This document shows, one piece after another, positions 45,664-53,947 of a stretch of 64,000 nucleotides of DNA. How positions within the stretch are numbered: the stretch's first letter is position 1; every line of letters starts with the position of its first letter. The stretch is from Acidobacteriota bacterium. Lineage in GTDB: Bacteria > Acidobacteriota > Terriglobia > Terriglobales > SCQP01. Location of the stretch: contig SCQP01000008.1 of the NCBI GenBank assembly GCA_004299485.1, forward strand, positions 132,341 to 196,340, read 5' to 3'. A program made the position numbers and the translations under genes. The notes beneath the pieces are model-generated. The model did no database searches and had not been told where the DNA came from. It worked only from the letters and a program-made list of their open reading frames with translations.

Positions 45664-45835
45664 CTATCGATGACGAGAATCATGCTAAACACAAAGCGCA
45701 AGCCGCCCACGGTGGGTGAAATCCTGGTGGGGACCTTGAGCCCATACCGGAAAGCTCTGCCTCCTCGACCCATGTCATACGGGAGAACCGCGGTCTGTTG
45801 TGAAACCGCGTCGGTGCAGGCGGTGACGATCACGC

Positions 45836-46390
45836 TTATGGTGTCGGCCAGGGCAGCTTCTGCCACTGAGGAATTGTCTGATCCTTTCCGCGTACGGGCC
45901 CAACTGCATCGGTGTGGCGCAGCTTCCGAATTCTACAGGCACTTTCCACCGCCGAATGGCAGAACGCCAGAGAAGGCTGAGAGCAAAGTAGCCACAATGG
46001 AAAGGAGTTGCTTCGGCGGTCGAAGCAGTGCTTCAGCGTGTATTGTTCCCCCTTAGTGCAGAACGCGGACTCGCAGTCTTCACACAGGACGTACTCCTTC
46101 AGTTGGCGGACCGTCGTGACTGCGCCTCTGGAGCCAAATACGACTAGCGCATGCTGATCGTTGCCCCACAGTCTGTGGCTCGCCACTTTTTGCCCTGGTC
46201 GCTCCCGTTGGTCGCTTGGAGTGCGGGCTTCGATTCCCGGCAGGGTCCGCCCGCTGGCGCTCAGGGCTCCTCCAAGCTGCCGCCACCTGTACGCGCCAGT
46301 CGGCAGAAAGTGGCTCAGGCAGAGCTTACGGTGCTGTCGGCAAAGCGGGCAGGTCCCCATCGTTGGTTTTTTGTATGGCTTTGCCGGCAT
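45836..46390 (-). pseudogene. Cys-rich (CxxC...CxxC) ORF carrying an internal copy of the 110-nt repeat; probably decayed
   Basis: MPAKPYKKPTMGTCPLCRQHRKLCLSHFLPTGAYR-[repeat-encoded 37 aa]-..NDQHALVVFGSRGAVTTVRQLKEYVLCEDCESAFCTKGEQY.. The C-terminal third is low-quality sequence. Confidence 0.45.
46175..46284 (+). repeat. 110-nt repeat family 1, copy 2
   Basis: Full-length copy GTGGCTCGCCAC...AAGCTGCCGCC. It differs at 1-2 positions from copies 3 and 4. Confidence 0.9.
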
Positions 46391-46483
46391 CGGCGCATTT
46401 TCTCACATAGCGGCACGACGGGGGGATCCTACTCCGGCCCTTTGCTTAGGCCGCTTTCAATGACGGCGGCGACACGCACCGAT

Positions 46484-46888
46484 TCAGCCCGAGGGCGCGA
46501 GAAAGACGTCGGCGGAGAGGCTGAAGCGGGTGCTCAGGCGGCGAAGCTGTTCCAGCGTGAGTTTGCGCTGGCCGGCAAGAAACATGGACACTGCGCTCTC
46601 GGACCCAAACTGAGGAATCAGATCGCGTTGCCTGAGGTGCTGCTGCGCCATGAGAAACCGCACGATCGATACGGGATCAGCCGCCGGGATGGGATAGTGA
46701 GCTCGCTCGTAGCGCTCCACGAGCAGGGTCAGCAGTTCGACTGCCTGTGCTTCCGCCCGAGACGGATGCTCCAGGGCGGTGAGCTGGAATAGTGCGTCCG
46801 TGTACGACTCGAGCTCTTGATCGTTATGAATGACACGCGGGGCGCCATGCGCGATCATCTCTGCGGGATTGGCAAGAACTGATTTCAT
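46484..46888 (-). CDS. higA: HigA-type antitoxin / HTH regulator (partner of the HigB-family toxin)
   Basis: 134 aa. The C-terminal HTH-like segment is LIPQFGSESAVSMFLAGQRKLTLEQLRRLSTRFSLSADVFL. It lies immediately downstream of the HigB-family gene. Confidence 0.7.
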   Translation of the reverse strand: MKSVLANPAEMIAHGAPRVIHNDQELESYTDALFQLTALEHPSRAEAQAVELLTLLVERYERAHYPIPAADPVSIVRFLMAQQHLRQRDLIPQFGSESAVSMFLAGQRKLTLEQLRRLSTRFSLSADVFLAPSG

Positions 46889-47361
46889 TGTGGCTCGCCA
46901 CTTTTTGCCCTGGTCGCTCCCGTTGGTCGCTTGGAGTGCGGGCTTCGATTCCCGGCAGGGCCCGCCCGCTGGCGCTCAGGGCTCCTCCAAGCTGCCGCCG
47001 GATGCGCAAACCTCCTGTCCCAATTCCCAGGGTTGTCATACTCCTTGTGCGTCAAGAACGAGCGAATGTACACGTGGCCCTCGGTCTGCCTCCCGTCGAT
47101 CGTCTTCGCGTAATGAATGACGGTGATCAGCCTGTACCGGTTGCGCCGGACATTGAAGATTACATAACCATTGACATAATCGACGTCCTTAAACATATCT
47201 CGCACTTCGGCAAAATTGCGCCAGCGGACCGCCTCAACGATGGTCGTCCAAGCTTCCACTTCACTCGCTGCATCGGGGTGCTGCTTCATGGCCTCGCGCA
47301 GATGCCTGCGGGTGACGAGATGCACTTCCTTACCGTACTTCACGAGTCGTGAAGTTGTCAA
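46885..47361 (-). CDS. higB: HigB-family mRNA interferase toxin (PF09907-like) with a repeat-derived C-terminal tail
   Basis: ..HLVTRRHLREAMKQHPDAASEVEAWTTIVEAVRWRNFAEVRDMFKDVDYVNGYVIFNVRRNRYRLITVIHYAKT..VYIRSFLTHKEYD. The last ~40 residues (..AAAWRSPERQRAGPAGNRSPHSKRPTGATRAKSGEPQ*) are encoded by the repeat. Confidence 0.75.
   Translation of the reverse strand: MTTSRLVKYGKEVHLVTRRHLREAMKQHPDAASEVEAWTTIVEAVRWRNFAEVRDMFKDVDYVNGYVIFNVRRNRYRLITVIHYAKTIDGRQTEGHVYIRSFLTHKEYDNPGNWDRRFAHPAAAWRSPERQRAGPAGNRSPHSKRPTGATRAKSGEPQ
46890..46999 (+). repeat. 110-nt repeat family 1, copy 3
   Basis: Full-length copy. It begins 1 nt from the higA ATG (CAT-T-GTGGCTCGCC on the + strand). Confidence 0.9.
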
Positions 47362-47714
47362 ACGGCGGTTGCGAATTCAGGAACCGAAGGCCTGGCCGAG
47401 GAAGCCGAGGACACCGAGGGCGGCGATGAGCCAGAGGACGCAGCCGAGCGGACTGAGGCGTGCTTTGGGGGCTGGCCGGCGGGGTTGGCGGCGTCGGCGA
47501 AGTGCGGGGCGGTGTGGGCGCCGGTGTGGCGGCCGGAGCGGTCGGTCCAGTAGACGCCGGTGCCGGGAATGCCGACCGTGCGCGTGAGGCCGCGGCGGCC
47601 GGCGGTGAGGTGGGCGCCGCGCACGCCGAAGCTGAGCGAGGGACCGGACTTGCTCAGATTCATAGTCACGCCCGGAGCCACGCGGACGCGGCGGAAGAGG
47701 CGGACGTAGGCCAT
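47358..47714 (-). CDS. DUF4236 domain protein
   Basis: The internal Met gives MAYVRLFRRVRVAPGVTMNLSKSGPSLSFGVRGAHLTAGRRGLTRTVGIPGTGVYW, the DUF4236 pattern, followed by a low-complexity Ser/Pro tail. Confidence 0.7.
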   Translation of the reverse strand: MAYVRLFRRVRVAPGVTMNLSKSGPSLSFGVRGAHLTAGRRGLTRTVGIPGTGVYWTDRSGRHTGAHTAPHFADAANPAGQPPKHASVRSAASSGSSPPSVSSASSARPSVPEFATAV

Positions 47715-47718
47715 CGGC

Positions 47719-50700
47719 TTAGTTGGCCGTAGCCACCTTGCCCGCGGTGAGGTCCGCTTGCAGGCGGGCGGCGCCGGCATCGGCCTGCTGGATATACATG
47801 TGGGCGACGCCGATCATGCCCGAGGTCAACGGGAGGTAATTGCGATCAATGCGGCTGTTGATGCGGAACAGCCACGAGCGCAGGTGATTGCGGAAAACCA
47901 GGCTGCCTTCGCCCGACTGAATGTGCAGATTCACCAGGTCGTTGATGTCGGTGGTGAGGCGGGCGATCTGAGGCTGGGCCGCAGCCGAGCCGGAGGAGCT
48001 GGTGCGCACGTCTTTTTGCAGCACGGCGCGGGCGTCGATGGCGCGGTTCAGCGCGGTGTCGAGTTTGTTGGCGGCGTTGCGCAGGCCCATGAGGAGATCG
48101 AAACGCGCCTGCAACTCAGCCTGCGTGGTGGGCAGGTTGGGGTTGAGGGTGACGGTAAGGGGCTGCGTCACGGTGCTGCTGCCGACCGTCAGTTTGACGT
48201 CGTAGGTTCCGGGAACGACCTCGGGGCCGGTGATGGGGCCGTTCTGCTGGGTGTAGTGGTAAATGCCTTTCACCTCGACCGCGTCCGCGTAGCGCAGGTT
48301 CCACTGAAAGCGGTTCATGCCGGGATGCAGCTTGACCACGCGGCTCATGCCGCCGAAGCGGGAGCGCACGGGTTTGAGCGGGAGGGTGTAGCTGTTGATG
48401 AGCTGCCCATCAGCGGTAGTAAAGGTAAGCTTGACCGGAGTCGAGCTGGTGTAATCGGAGGGCAGATAGAAGAAGACGGTCGCGCCCGAGGCACGGCGCT
48501 CGGGACCACCGCGTCCGCCGAAGCCGAAGCCGCCGCCGCCGGCAGCGCCCTCCCAGGATTGCTGCGGCTTGAATAGATAGGGCACGGACGCGGTGACAGA
48601 GGCAGTGTTGAGCTGTTCGAGGTATTGCAGGTCATCGAGGACCCAAAACGCGCGGCCAAACGTCGCGAGTACGACGGCGTGCTGCTGCGGTTGAATTTCA
48701 ATGTCGTCGACGCGGACGGCGGGAAGATTGAGGCTTAGTGGCTGCCATTGCGCGCCCCCGTTGAGGCTGAAATAGACGGTGCGGCTGGTGGCGGCGAACA
48801 GCAGATCGGGGTCGTTGGGATCCTGGCGGACGGACTCGACGTATTCATTGTCGGGAAGGCCAGTGGTGAGCGGCGTCCAGGTTTTGCCGTAGTCGGTCGT
48901 CTTGTAGATGTAGGGGTGGAAATCATCCCAGTCGAAGCGGCTCGCCGAGACGTAGGCAGTGCCGGGCTGGGTGTTGGAAGGTTCGACGCAGGTAATGGTC
49001 GACCACTCGGGTAGCTGCGGCGGGCGAACCTCGCTCCAGTGGGCGCCATGGTTGCGGGTGAGGTAGACGAGGCCGTCGTCGGAACCAGTCCAGATGACGC
49101 CATCGGTGAGCGGCGAGAAGGCGATAGACGAAATCGTGTCAAACATCTCTTCGCCGGTGACATCTTTGCTGATCGGGCCGCCGGGACGCAGTTGCTTGGT
49201 GCGGTCGTTGCGCGTGAGGTCGGGACTGATGGCTTTCCAATGAATGCCCTGATCGGTGGTGACGAGCAGCACCTGAGCACCGAGGACGAATTCACTGGGA
49301 TTATGCGGATTGAACACGGCAGCGTGATGATTCCAGCCGAAGCGGTACTTGAGCATGCGGCCGCCGTCGCCGAACTTGAAGGCAGGCCAGGGACTAACGA
49401 GCTGGGAGAAGCCGGTGCGGCGGTTGCCGCGGTACTCATCACTGTAGTAGCCGGAGGCATAAGTGATCCAGGGCTTGCCGGGCTGGGGGACGACCCAGCT
49501 CATTTCGCCGCCGCGAACGGTGGTCCAGACGGCGGCGGGCGTGGCGCTGGAGCCTTCATCCGAGCCGCGGTCCTGCTGCGCGCCGTAAATGTGGAAGGGG
49601 AATTGATCGTCCAGGTTGGCGTGATAGAACTGGCCGGTGGGCTGATTATCTTCCGAACTCCAGGTCTTGCCGCCATCGCGGGTGACGGTGGCGCCGCCGT
49701 CGTTGCCTTCGATGAAGATCTGAGTGTTGTCGGGGTTGACCCAGAAGGCGTGATTGTCGCCATGGGGCGGGCGGAGGGTGATCAGCTTTTTGCCGGCATC
49801 GTGGGAGATGTAAACGCCCACGTTGGGCAGGTAGACGGTGTTGGGATCTTTGGGATCGGCGTAGACGCGGCCGTAGTAGAAGGCGCGCTGGGTGATGTCC
49901 TGGCTGAGGCTGATGAGGTTCCAGGTCTGGCCGGCGTTGTCAGAGCGGAAGAGGCCGCCTGCCTGGCCTTTGTAATCCGCTTGGATGAGGGCGTAGACGA
50001 CGCTGGGATCGGACGGGGAGACCGCAAGGCCGACTTTGCCGAAAATGCCCGTGGGCAGGCCGGGATTGTGGGTGATGTTGGTCCAATGCGCGCCGCCGTC
50101 GGTGGTTTTGTAAATGCCGCTGCCCGGACCTCCGCTGGAAAAGCCCCAATGACGGCGGCGCATCTGCCACATGGCGGCATAGACCACCTGCGGTTTGGAC
50201 GGGTCCATAGCCATGGTGATGGCGCCGGTGTGGTCGTTGACGTAGAGAATCTTCTGCCAGGTCTGGCCGCCATCGGTGGACTTGAAGACGCCACGCTCGG
50301 GATTAGGGCCGAAGAGATGGCCCAGGGCGGCGGCGTAAACAATATTGGGGTTCTGCGGGTCGATCAGAATCCAACTGATGATGTGGGTGTTGCCGAGGCC
50401 GGTGAACTGCCAGGTTTTGCCGCCGTCGGTGGACTTGTACATGCCTTCGCCGGTGGTGACGGTATTGCGGGGCGCGGAGTCGCCGGTGCCGACATAGATG
50501 ATTTTGGGATTGGAAGGCGCGATGGCCATGGCGCCGATGCTACCGACCTTGAAGTATTTGTCGGAGATGTTCTCCCAGGTTGAGCCGTAGTTGGTGGTTT
50601 CCCAGACGCCACCGCCGGCGGTGCCCTCGAAAAAGACATTGGGCTGGGAGGGGATGCCCGCGAGCGTCGTCACGCGGCCGCCCGTGTAGGGACCGACGCT

Positions 50701-50811
50701 GCGCCAATGCAGGCCGGCGGTGAGCTGGCTCACCGGCACCTGCGCCGCGAGCGTCAGTGGCAGCGTCAGCAACAGACCAGAAGCAAGCAAGAACCATTTG
50801 GATTTGAACAT
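47719..50811 (-). CDS. BNR/Asp-box repeat, sortilin/VPS10-like beta-propeller protein, secreted
   Basis: Signal peptide MFKSKWFLLASGLLLTLPLTLAAQ. Multiple S-x-D-x-G-x-T-W Asp-boxes (STDGGKTW, STDGGQTW, TTDGGAHW, SDNAGQTW, TRDGGKTW). Confidence 0.85.
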   Translation of the reverse strand: MFKSKWFLLASGLLLTLPLTLAAQVPVSQLTAGLHWRSVGPYTGGRVTTLAGIPSQPNVFFEGTAGGGVWETTNYGSTWENISDKYFKVGSIGAMAIAPSNPKIIYVGTGDSAPRNTVTTGEGMYKSTDGGKTWQFTGLGNTHIISWILIDPQNPNIVYAAALGHLFGPNPERGVFKSTDGGQTWQKILYVNDHTGAITMAMDPSKPQVVYAAMWQMRRRHWGFSSGGPGSGIYKTTDGGAHWTNITHNPGLPTGIFGKVGLAVSPSDPSVVYALIQADYKGQAGGLFRSDNAGQTWNLISLSQDITQRAFYYGRVYADPKDPNTVYLPNVGVYISHDAGKKLITLRPPHGDNHAFWVNPDNTQIFIEGNDGGATVTRDGGKTWSSEDNQPTGQFYHANLDDQFPFHIYGAQQDRGSDEGSSATPAAVWTTVRGGEMSWVVPQPGKPWITYASGYYSDEYRGNRRTGFSQLVSPWPAFKFGDGGRMLKYRFGWNHHAAVFNPHNPSEFVLGAQVLLVTTDQGIHWKAISPDLTRNDRTKQLRPGGPISKDVTGEEMFDTISSIAFSPLTDGVIWTGSDDGLVYLTRNHGAHWSEVRPPQLPEWSTITCVEPSNTQPGTAYVSASRFDWDDFHPYIYKTTDYGKTWTPLTTGLPDNEYVESVRQDPNDPDLLFAATSRTVYFSLNGGAQWQPLSLNLPAVRVDDIEIQPQQHAVVLATFGRAFWVLDDLQYLEQLNTASVTASVPYLFKPQQSWEGAAGGGGFGFGGRGGPERRASGATVFFYLPSDYTSSTPVKLTFTTADGQLINSYTLPLKPVRSRFGGMSRVVKLHPGMNRFQWNLRYADAVEVKGIYHYTQQNGPITGPEVVPGTYDVKLTVGSSTVTQPLTVTLNPNLPTTQAELQARFDLLMGLRNAANKLDTALNRAIDARAVLQKDVRTSSSGSAAAQPQIARLTTDINDLVNLHIQSGEGSLVFRNHLRSWLFRINSRIDRNYLPLTSGMIGVAHMYIQQADAGAARLQADLTAGKVATAN

Positions 50812-50929
50812 GGCGGCAGATCCCCTCTCACAGGTCACAGAGTGACCGAGCCTAGGCCCAAAAAAGAGCTGGCGAAGGAACTATAGCGCAGAGGGGAGTG
50901 GCAGAGCTATAGATGCAGGAAATTTCATA

Positions 50930-51039
50930 GTGGCTCGCCACTTTTTGCCCTGGTCGCTCCCTTTGGTCGCTTGGAGTGCGGGCTTCGATTCCCGGCAGGG
51001 TCCGCCCGCTGGCGCTCCGGGCTCCTCCAAGCTGCCGCC
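50930..51039 (+). repeat. 110-nt repeat family 1, copy 4
   Basis: Full-length copy, intergenic between the bacilliredoxin stop and the BNR gene start. Confidence 0.9.
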
Positions 51040-51060
51040 ATAGGGGCGTCTGGGGCCGCG

Positions 51061-51483
51061 TCACACACCGCTGGCAACGCAAAAATGCCCAAACGCAGCG
51101 GCAAGATCGGCGGCGATGGCCTCAACCGGACGGCCGAGGATTTGATCGCGCTCCATCATGAAAATCAGCTTGCCGCCGGAAAATAGCGCAAAGGCAGGCG
51201 AGGACGGCTGATAGGGAGCGAGAAAAGCGCGGGCGCGGGCGGTCGGGGCCAGGTCCTGACCGGCAAACACGGTTACGAGATGATCCGGCCGCGGCGCGCT
51301 CTGGAGCGCCTGCGCGACGGCCGGACGCGCCAGGACGGCGTGAGGACAAAAGGTATTGACTACCAGCAGCGTCGTGCCCTCTGTGGCCAGGGCTGCGTCC
51401 ACGTCTGCTGGCGTGTGCAACTGAAGGAAGCCGATGCGCGTCAGTTCTTCCCGCATCGGTGTGACCCATATTTCTGGATACAT
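51061..51483 (-). CDS. BrxA/BrxB (YphP/YqiW, DUF1094) bacilliredoxin-family protein with a variant active site
   Basis: MYPEIWVTPMREELTRIGF..LLVVNTFCPHAVLARP..HLVTVFAGQD..SSPAFALF. It is colinear with bacilliredoxins, but the remembered CGC motif reads FCPH here. Confidence 0.75.
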   Translation of the reverse strand: MYPEIWVTPMREELTRIGFLQLHTPADVDAALATEGTTLLVVNTFCPHAVLARPAVAQALQSAPRPDHLVTVFAGQDLAPTARARAFLAPYQPSSPAFALFSGGKLIFMMERDQILGRPVEAIAADLAAAFGHFCVASGV

Positions 51484-51497
51484 TCGCGTGATCCCTC

Positions 51498-52487
51498 CTA
51501 CCGCATCGCCTGCGCTGCCGCCACTACCGCGCCCAGCTTGGCGATCGCCTCATTGGTGGTGCGCGTTTTCAGGCCGCAATCGGGGTCTACCCAGACGTTC
51601 TCGCGCGGCAGAACGGCCAGGCCTTGTTGCAGCCGTTGGGTAGCCGTGCCCGAGTCTTCGACAACGTGTGAATGCACGTCGACGACGCCGTAGCTGATGT
51701 CCTTGCGAAAGGCGTTTTTGCGGAAGAGATCAAGCATGTCGAGGCCGCTGTTCGACATTTCGAGGTCAAAGTTATCGACCGCCAGCTCCAGCATGGCGGG
51801 ATAAATGCGCTCGAAATCGCCGTAACAGATGTGGGTAAAGAAGTAGGCGTCGAGATCATGCGTCATGAGGCGCATGGCCTCAACCGCGAGCGGCAGCTCG
51901 GCCGGGCGGACTGAAACCGCGGGTTCGTCGAGTTGCACGAACTTGCAGCCTGCCTGGATCAGGGCTTCGACTTCCTTACGGATCTCGCGCGCCAGCGCCA
52001 GGCAGGCGTCGCGACGGGTGGGATAAAACTCGTTGAACGACCAGTCCATCATAGTGTAGGCGCCGGTGAGGATGGCCTTGACGGGCTTGCGGGTGAGCCC
52101 CTGGGCGTAACGCCACCAGTCGAGCGCGATCGGCCCCTTCCATGCGATGGCGCCGGTGATGATGGGCTTGTGATAGTAGCGGTTGCCGTAGGAGCGAACG
52201 AGGCCGCCTTGCGCAAAGCCGGCGAGGTTGTCGGCGAAGTAGGCGGTCATGTCGCCGCGGTACATCTCGCCGTCGACCAGCACATCGAGGCCGAGTTCTT
52301 CCTGCTTGCGAATCCAGAACTCGGTGGCCCGCTGCTCGGCGGCATGCAGGGCATCGGCCGCGATTTGTTTCTGCGCGAAATCGGCGCGGGCCTTCAGCAG
52401 ATAGTCCGGCTTGGGAAAGCTGCCGACCGAGGTAGTGGGCAGCGGCGGGAGCTCGATTCCGAGATGCTGCAACTTGGCCCGGCTCAT
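51498..52487 (-). CDS. metE: cobalamin-independent methionine synthase, catalytic (MetE C-terminal-like) subunit
   Basis: The internal Met gives MSRAKLQHLGIELPPLPTTSVGSFPKP.. Zn-ligand contexts THICYGDF and VDPDCGLKTR are present. There is a 4-nt ATGA overlap with the upstream gene. Confidence 0.82.
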   Translation of the reverse strand: MSRAKLQHLGIELPPLPTTSVGSFPKPDYLLKARADFAQKQIAADALHAAEQRATEFWIRKQEELGLDVLVDGEMYRGDMTAYFADNLAGFAQGGLVRSYGNRYYHKPIITGAIAWKGPIALDWWRYAQGLTRKPVKAILTGAYTMMDWSFNEFYPTRRDACLALAREIRKEVEALIQAGCKFVQLDEPAVSVRPAELPLAVEAMRLMTHDLDAYFFTHICYGDFERIYPAMLELAVDNFDLEMSNSGLDMLDLFRKNAFRKDISYGVVDVHSHVVEDSGTATQRLQQGLAVLPRENVWVDPDCGLKTRTTNEAIAKLGAVVAAAQAMR

Positions 52488-53470
52488 TGCATGCCTCCGG
52501 CAAATTCGCGTTTGAGCGCGCCCAGATGCTGCAATTTGGCGCGGGCGCGGTCGCGCGGCAAGTATTCCAGGCCGCAGGAAGTGGTGAGGTAGGCGCGCGG
52601 CGCCTGGCACTTGTGCAGCATGGCTTCGAGTTGGCGCAGAACCAGGGTGCGGTCCTCGAGGCGAGTATTGCGGCCATCCAATAAGCCAAAGCCGATCTGC
52701 CGGCCGCAGGCTTCGCCGGCGACCACCAGGGGCAGATCCGGACTATAGGTGAAATCCAGCAGGAGCACATCGGCGGGCCAGGCGAGCAGCGTCTTGTACA
52801 GTGGCACGGCATCGCCGAAATACAAGGCCAAGGCCAGCTCTGCCCGCCCTTTGTACGCGGCGATACGGCCGAAGGCCTCCGCCGCCATGCGTACGTCCCT
52901 GGGGTACTGCAGCAGCGCCGGCTCGTCGATCTGGATCAGGCGCGCGCCGGCCCCCGCCAGCGCAGCCACTTCGGCCGCCAGCGCATCGGCCATGGCTTCT
53001 ACGGTTGCCTCGAAGCTGGGCGCGCCGGGTTCACGCAGCGATAAGCGCGCCAGTGTGTAGGGTCCGGTCAGCACCGGCTTGACCGGCCGCACCGCTTTTT
53101 TCGCTGCCCACTGGTATTCGTCCAACACCAGTGGCTGGGTGCGCACGATTTTGCCTTCGACCACGGGCTGGCGGAAGTAGAAGTTGGTGTCGAAGAAGCG
53201 CAGCAAGCCGCCAATGCGCACGCCCGCCAGTTTGCCTGCCAAATGCGAGACCGGATCGTACCAGCGCACCAGGCCATCGGTGACGACGTCGATGTCGGCC
53301 GCGTCCTGCTCCGCCAAGGCTAGGGCGGCGACGCGGTCTTCGGCGGCATGTACGTCGGCTTCGGTCTTTTCCCCGCGATCAAGCTGGGCGATAGTCTTGC
53401 GCAGGATTTGCTCCTCCGGTGTGCTGCCAATGCGCGGATAGCTCCCGTGGGTCAGTGTGCGAAGTTCCAT
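52484..53470 (-). CDS. MetE N-terminal-domain-like protein (second half of a split MetE)
   Basis: 328 aa with a UROD/MetE barrel-like pattern (THGSYPRIG, LVRWYDPVSH, RFFDTNFYFRQP). Translationally coupled to the catalytic half. Confidence 0.7.
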   Translation of the reverse strand: MELRTLTHGSYPRIGSTPEEQILRKTIAQLDRGEKTEADVHAAEDRVAALALAEQDAADIDVVTDGLVRWYDPVSHLAGKLAGVRIGGLLRFFDTNFYFRQPVVEGKIVRTQPLVLDEYQWAAKKAVRPVKPVLTGPYTLARLSLREPGAPSFEATVEAMADALAAEVAALAGAGARLIQIDEPALLQYPRDVRMAAEAFGRIAAYKGRAELALALYFGDAVPLYKTLLAWPADVLLLDFTYSPDLPLVVAGEACGRQIGFGLLDGRNTRLEDRTLVLRQLEAMLHKCQAPRAYLTTSCGLEYLPRDRARAKLQHLGALKREFAGGMQ

Positions 53471-53482
53471 AGCGCGAACCTC

Positions 53483-53947
53483 CTAGGCGAGCGCACTGGC
53501 GCCGCCGGTGCGGAATTCCGGCGCCAGAGCGATGGTGGCTTTGACCGAGTTGGAGAGAATGCAGGCTTGCCGCGCCGCTTTGAATAACTCCGCTGCAAGC
53601 GCAGGATCGCCTTGCGGACCGAGCGTGATGACGGGCTTCACGGTAATGCGTGTCACTTCGTAATGGCCGTCTACGCTTTCGACGGTGCCATCCACCTGGC
53701 TGTCTATCGCGGCCACGTTCAGACCGCGGCGCTGCGAGAGGCCGACAAAGGTGAGCATCAGGCAACTGTTGACGCTGCCCAGCAGCAGCTCCTCGGGGCA
53801 CCACACGTCGGGCGTGCCGCGAAACTCCGGCGGGCTGCCGATGGCGACCTCGGCATGTTGCGGCAGACGCATTACGCCTCTTTTGGCGGTTTGCAGCACT
53901 ACAGTGTTGTGGAACTGGAAGGTCTTAAGCGCTTTTTGGGGCTCCAT
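53483..53947 (-). CDS. OsmC/Ohr-family peroxiredoxin-like protein
   Basis: 154 aa. PEELLLGSVNSCLMLTF and ACILSNS cysteine contexts, typical of OsmC. Confidence 0.8.
   Translation of the reverse strand: MEPQKALKTFQFHNTVVLQTAKRGVMRLPQHAEVAIGSPPEFRGTPDVWCPEELLLGSVNSCLMLTFVGLSQRRGLNVAAIDSQVDGTVESVDGHYEVTRITVKPVITLGPQGDPALAAELFKAARQACILSNSVKATIALAPEFRTGGASALA

Noticed and set aside
46824-47039. Apparent small-protein family sharing SASGRTLPGIEARTPSDQRERPGQKVASH. Also seen in ORFs 46080..46286, 50852..51082 and 50925..51125, and in the + strand MECGLRFPAG.. ORFs.
   Set aside because: The shared peptide is simply the translation of the 110-nt DNA repeat in open GC-rich frames. The ORFs have no independent start or SD context, and some overlap real genes.
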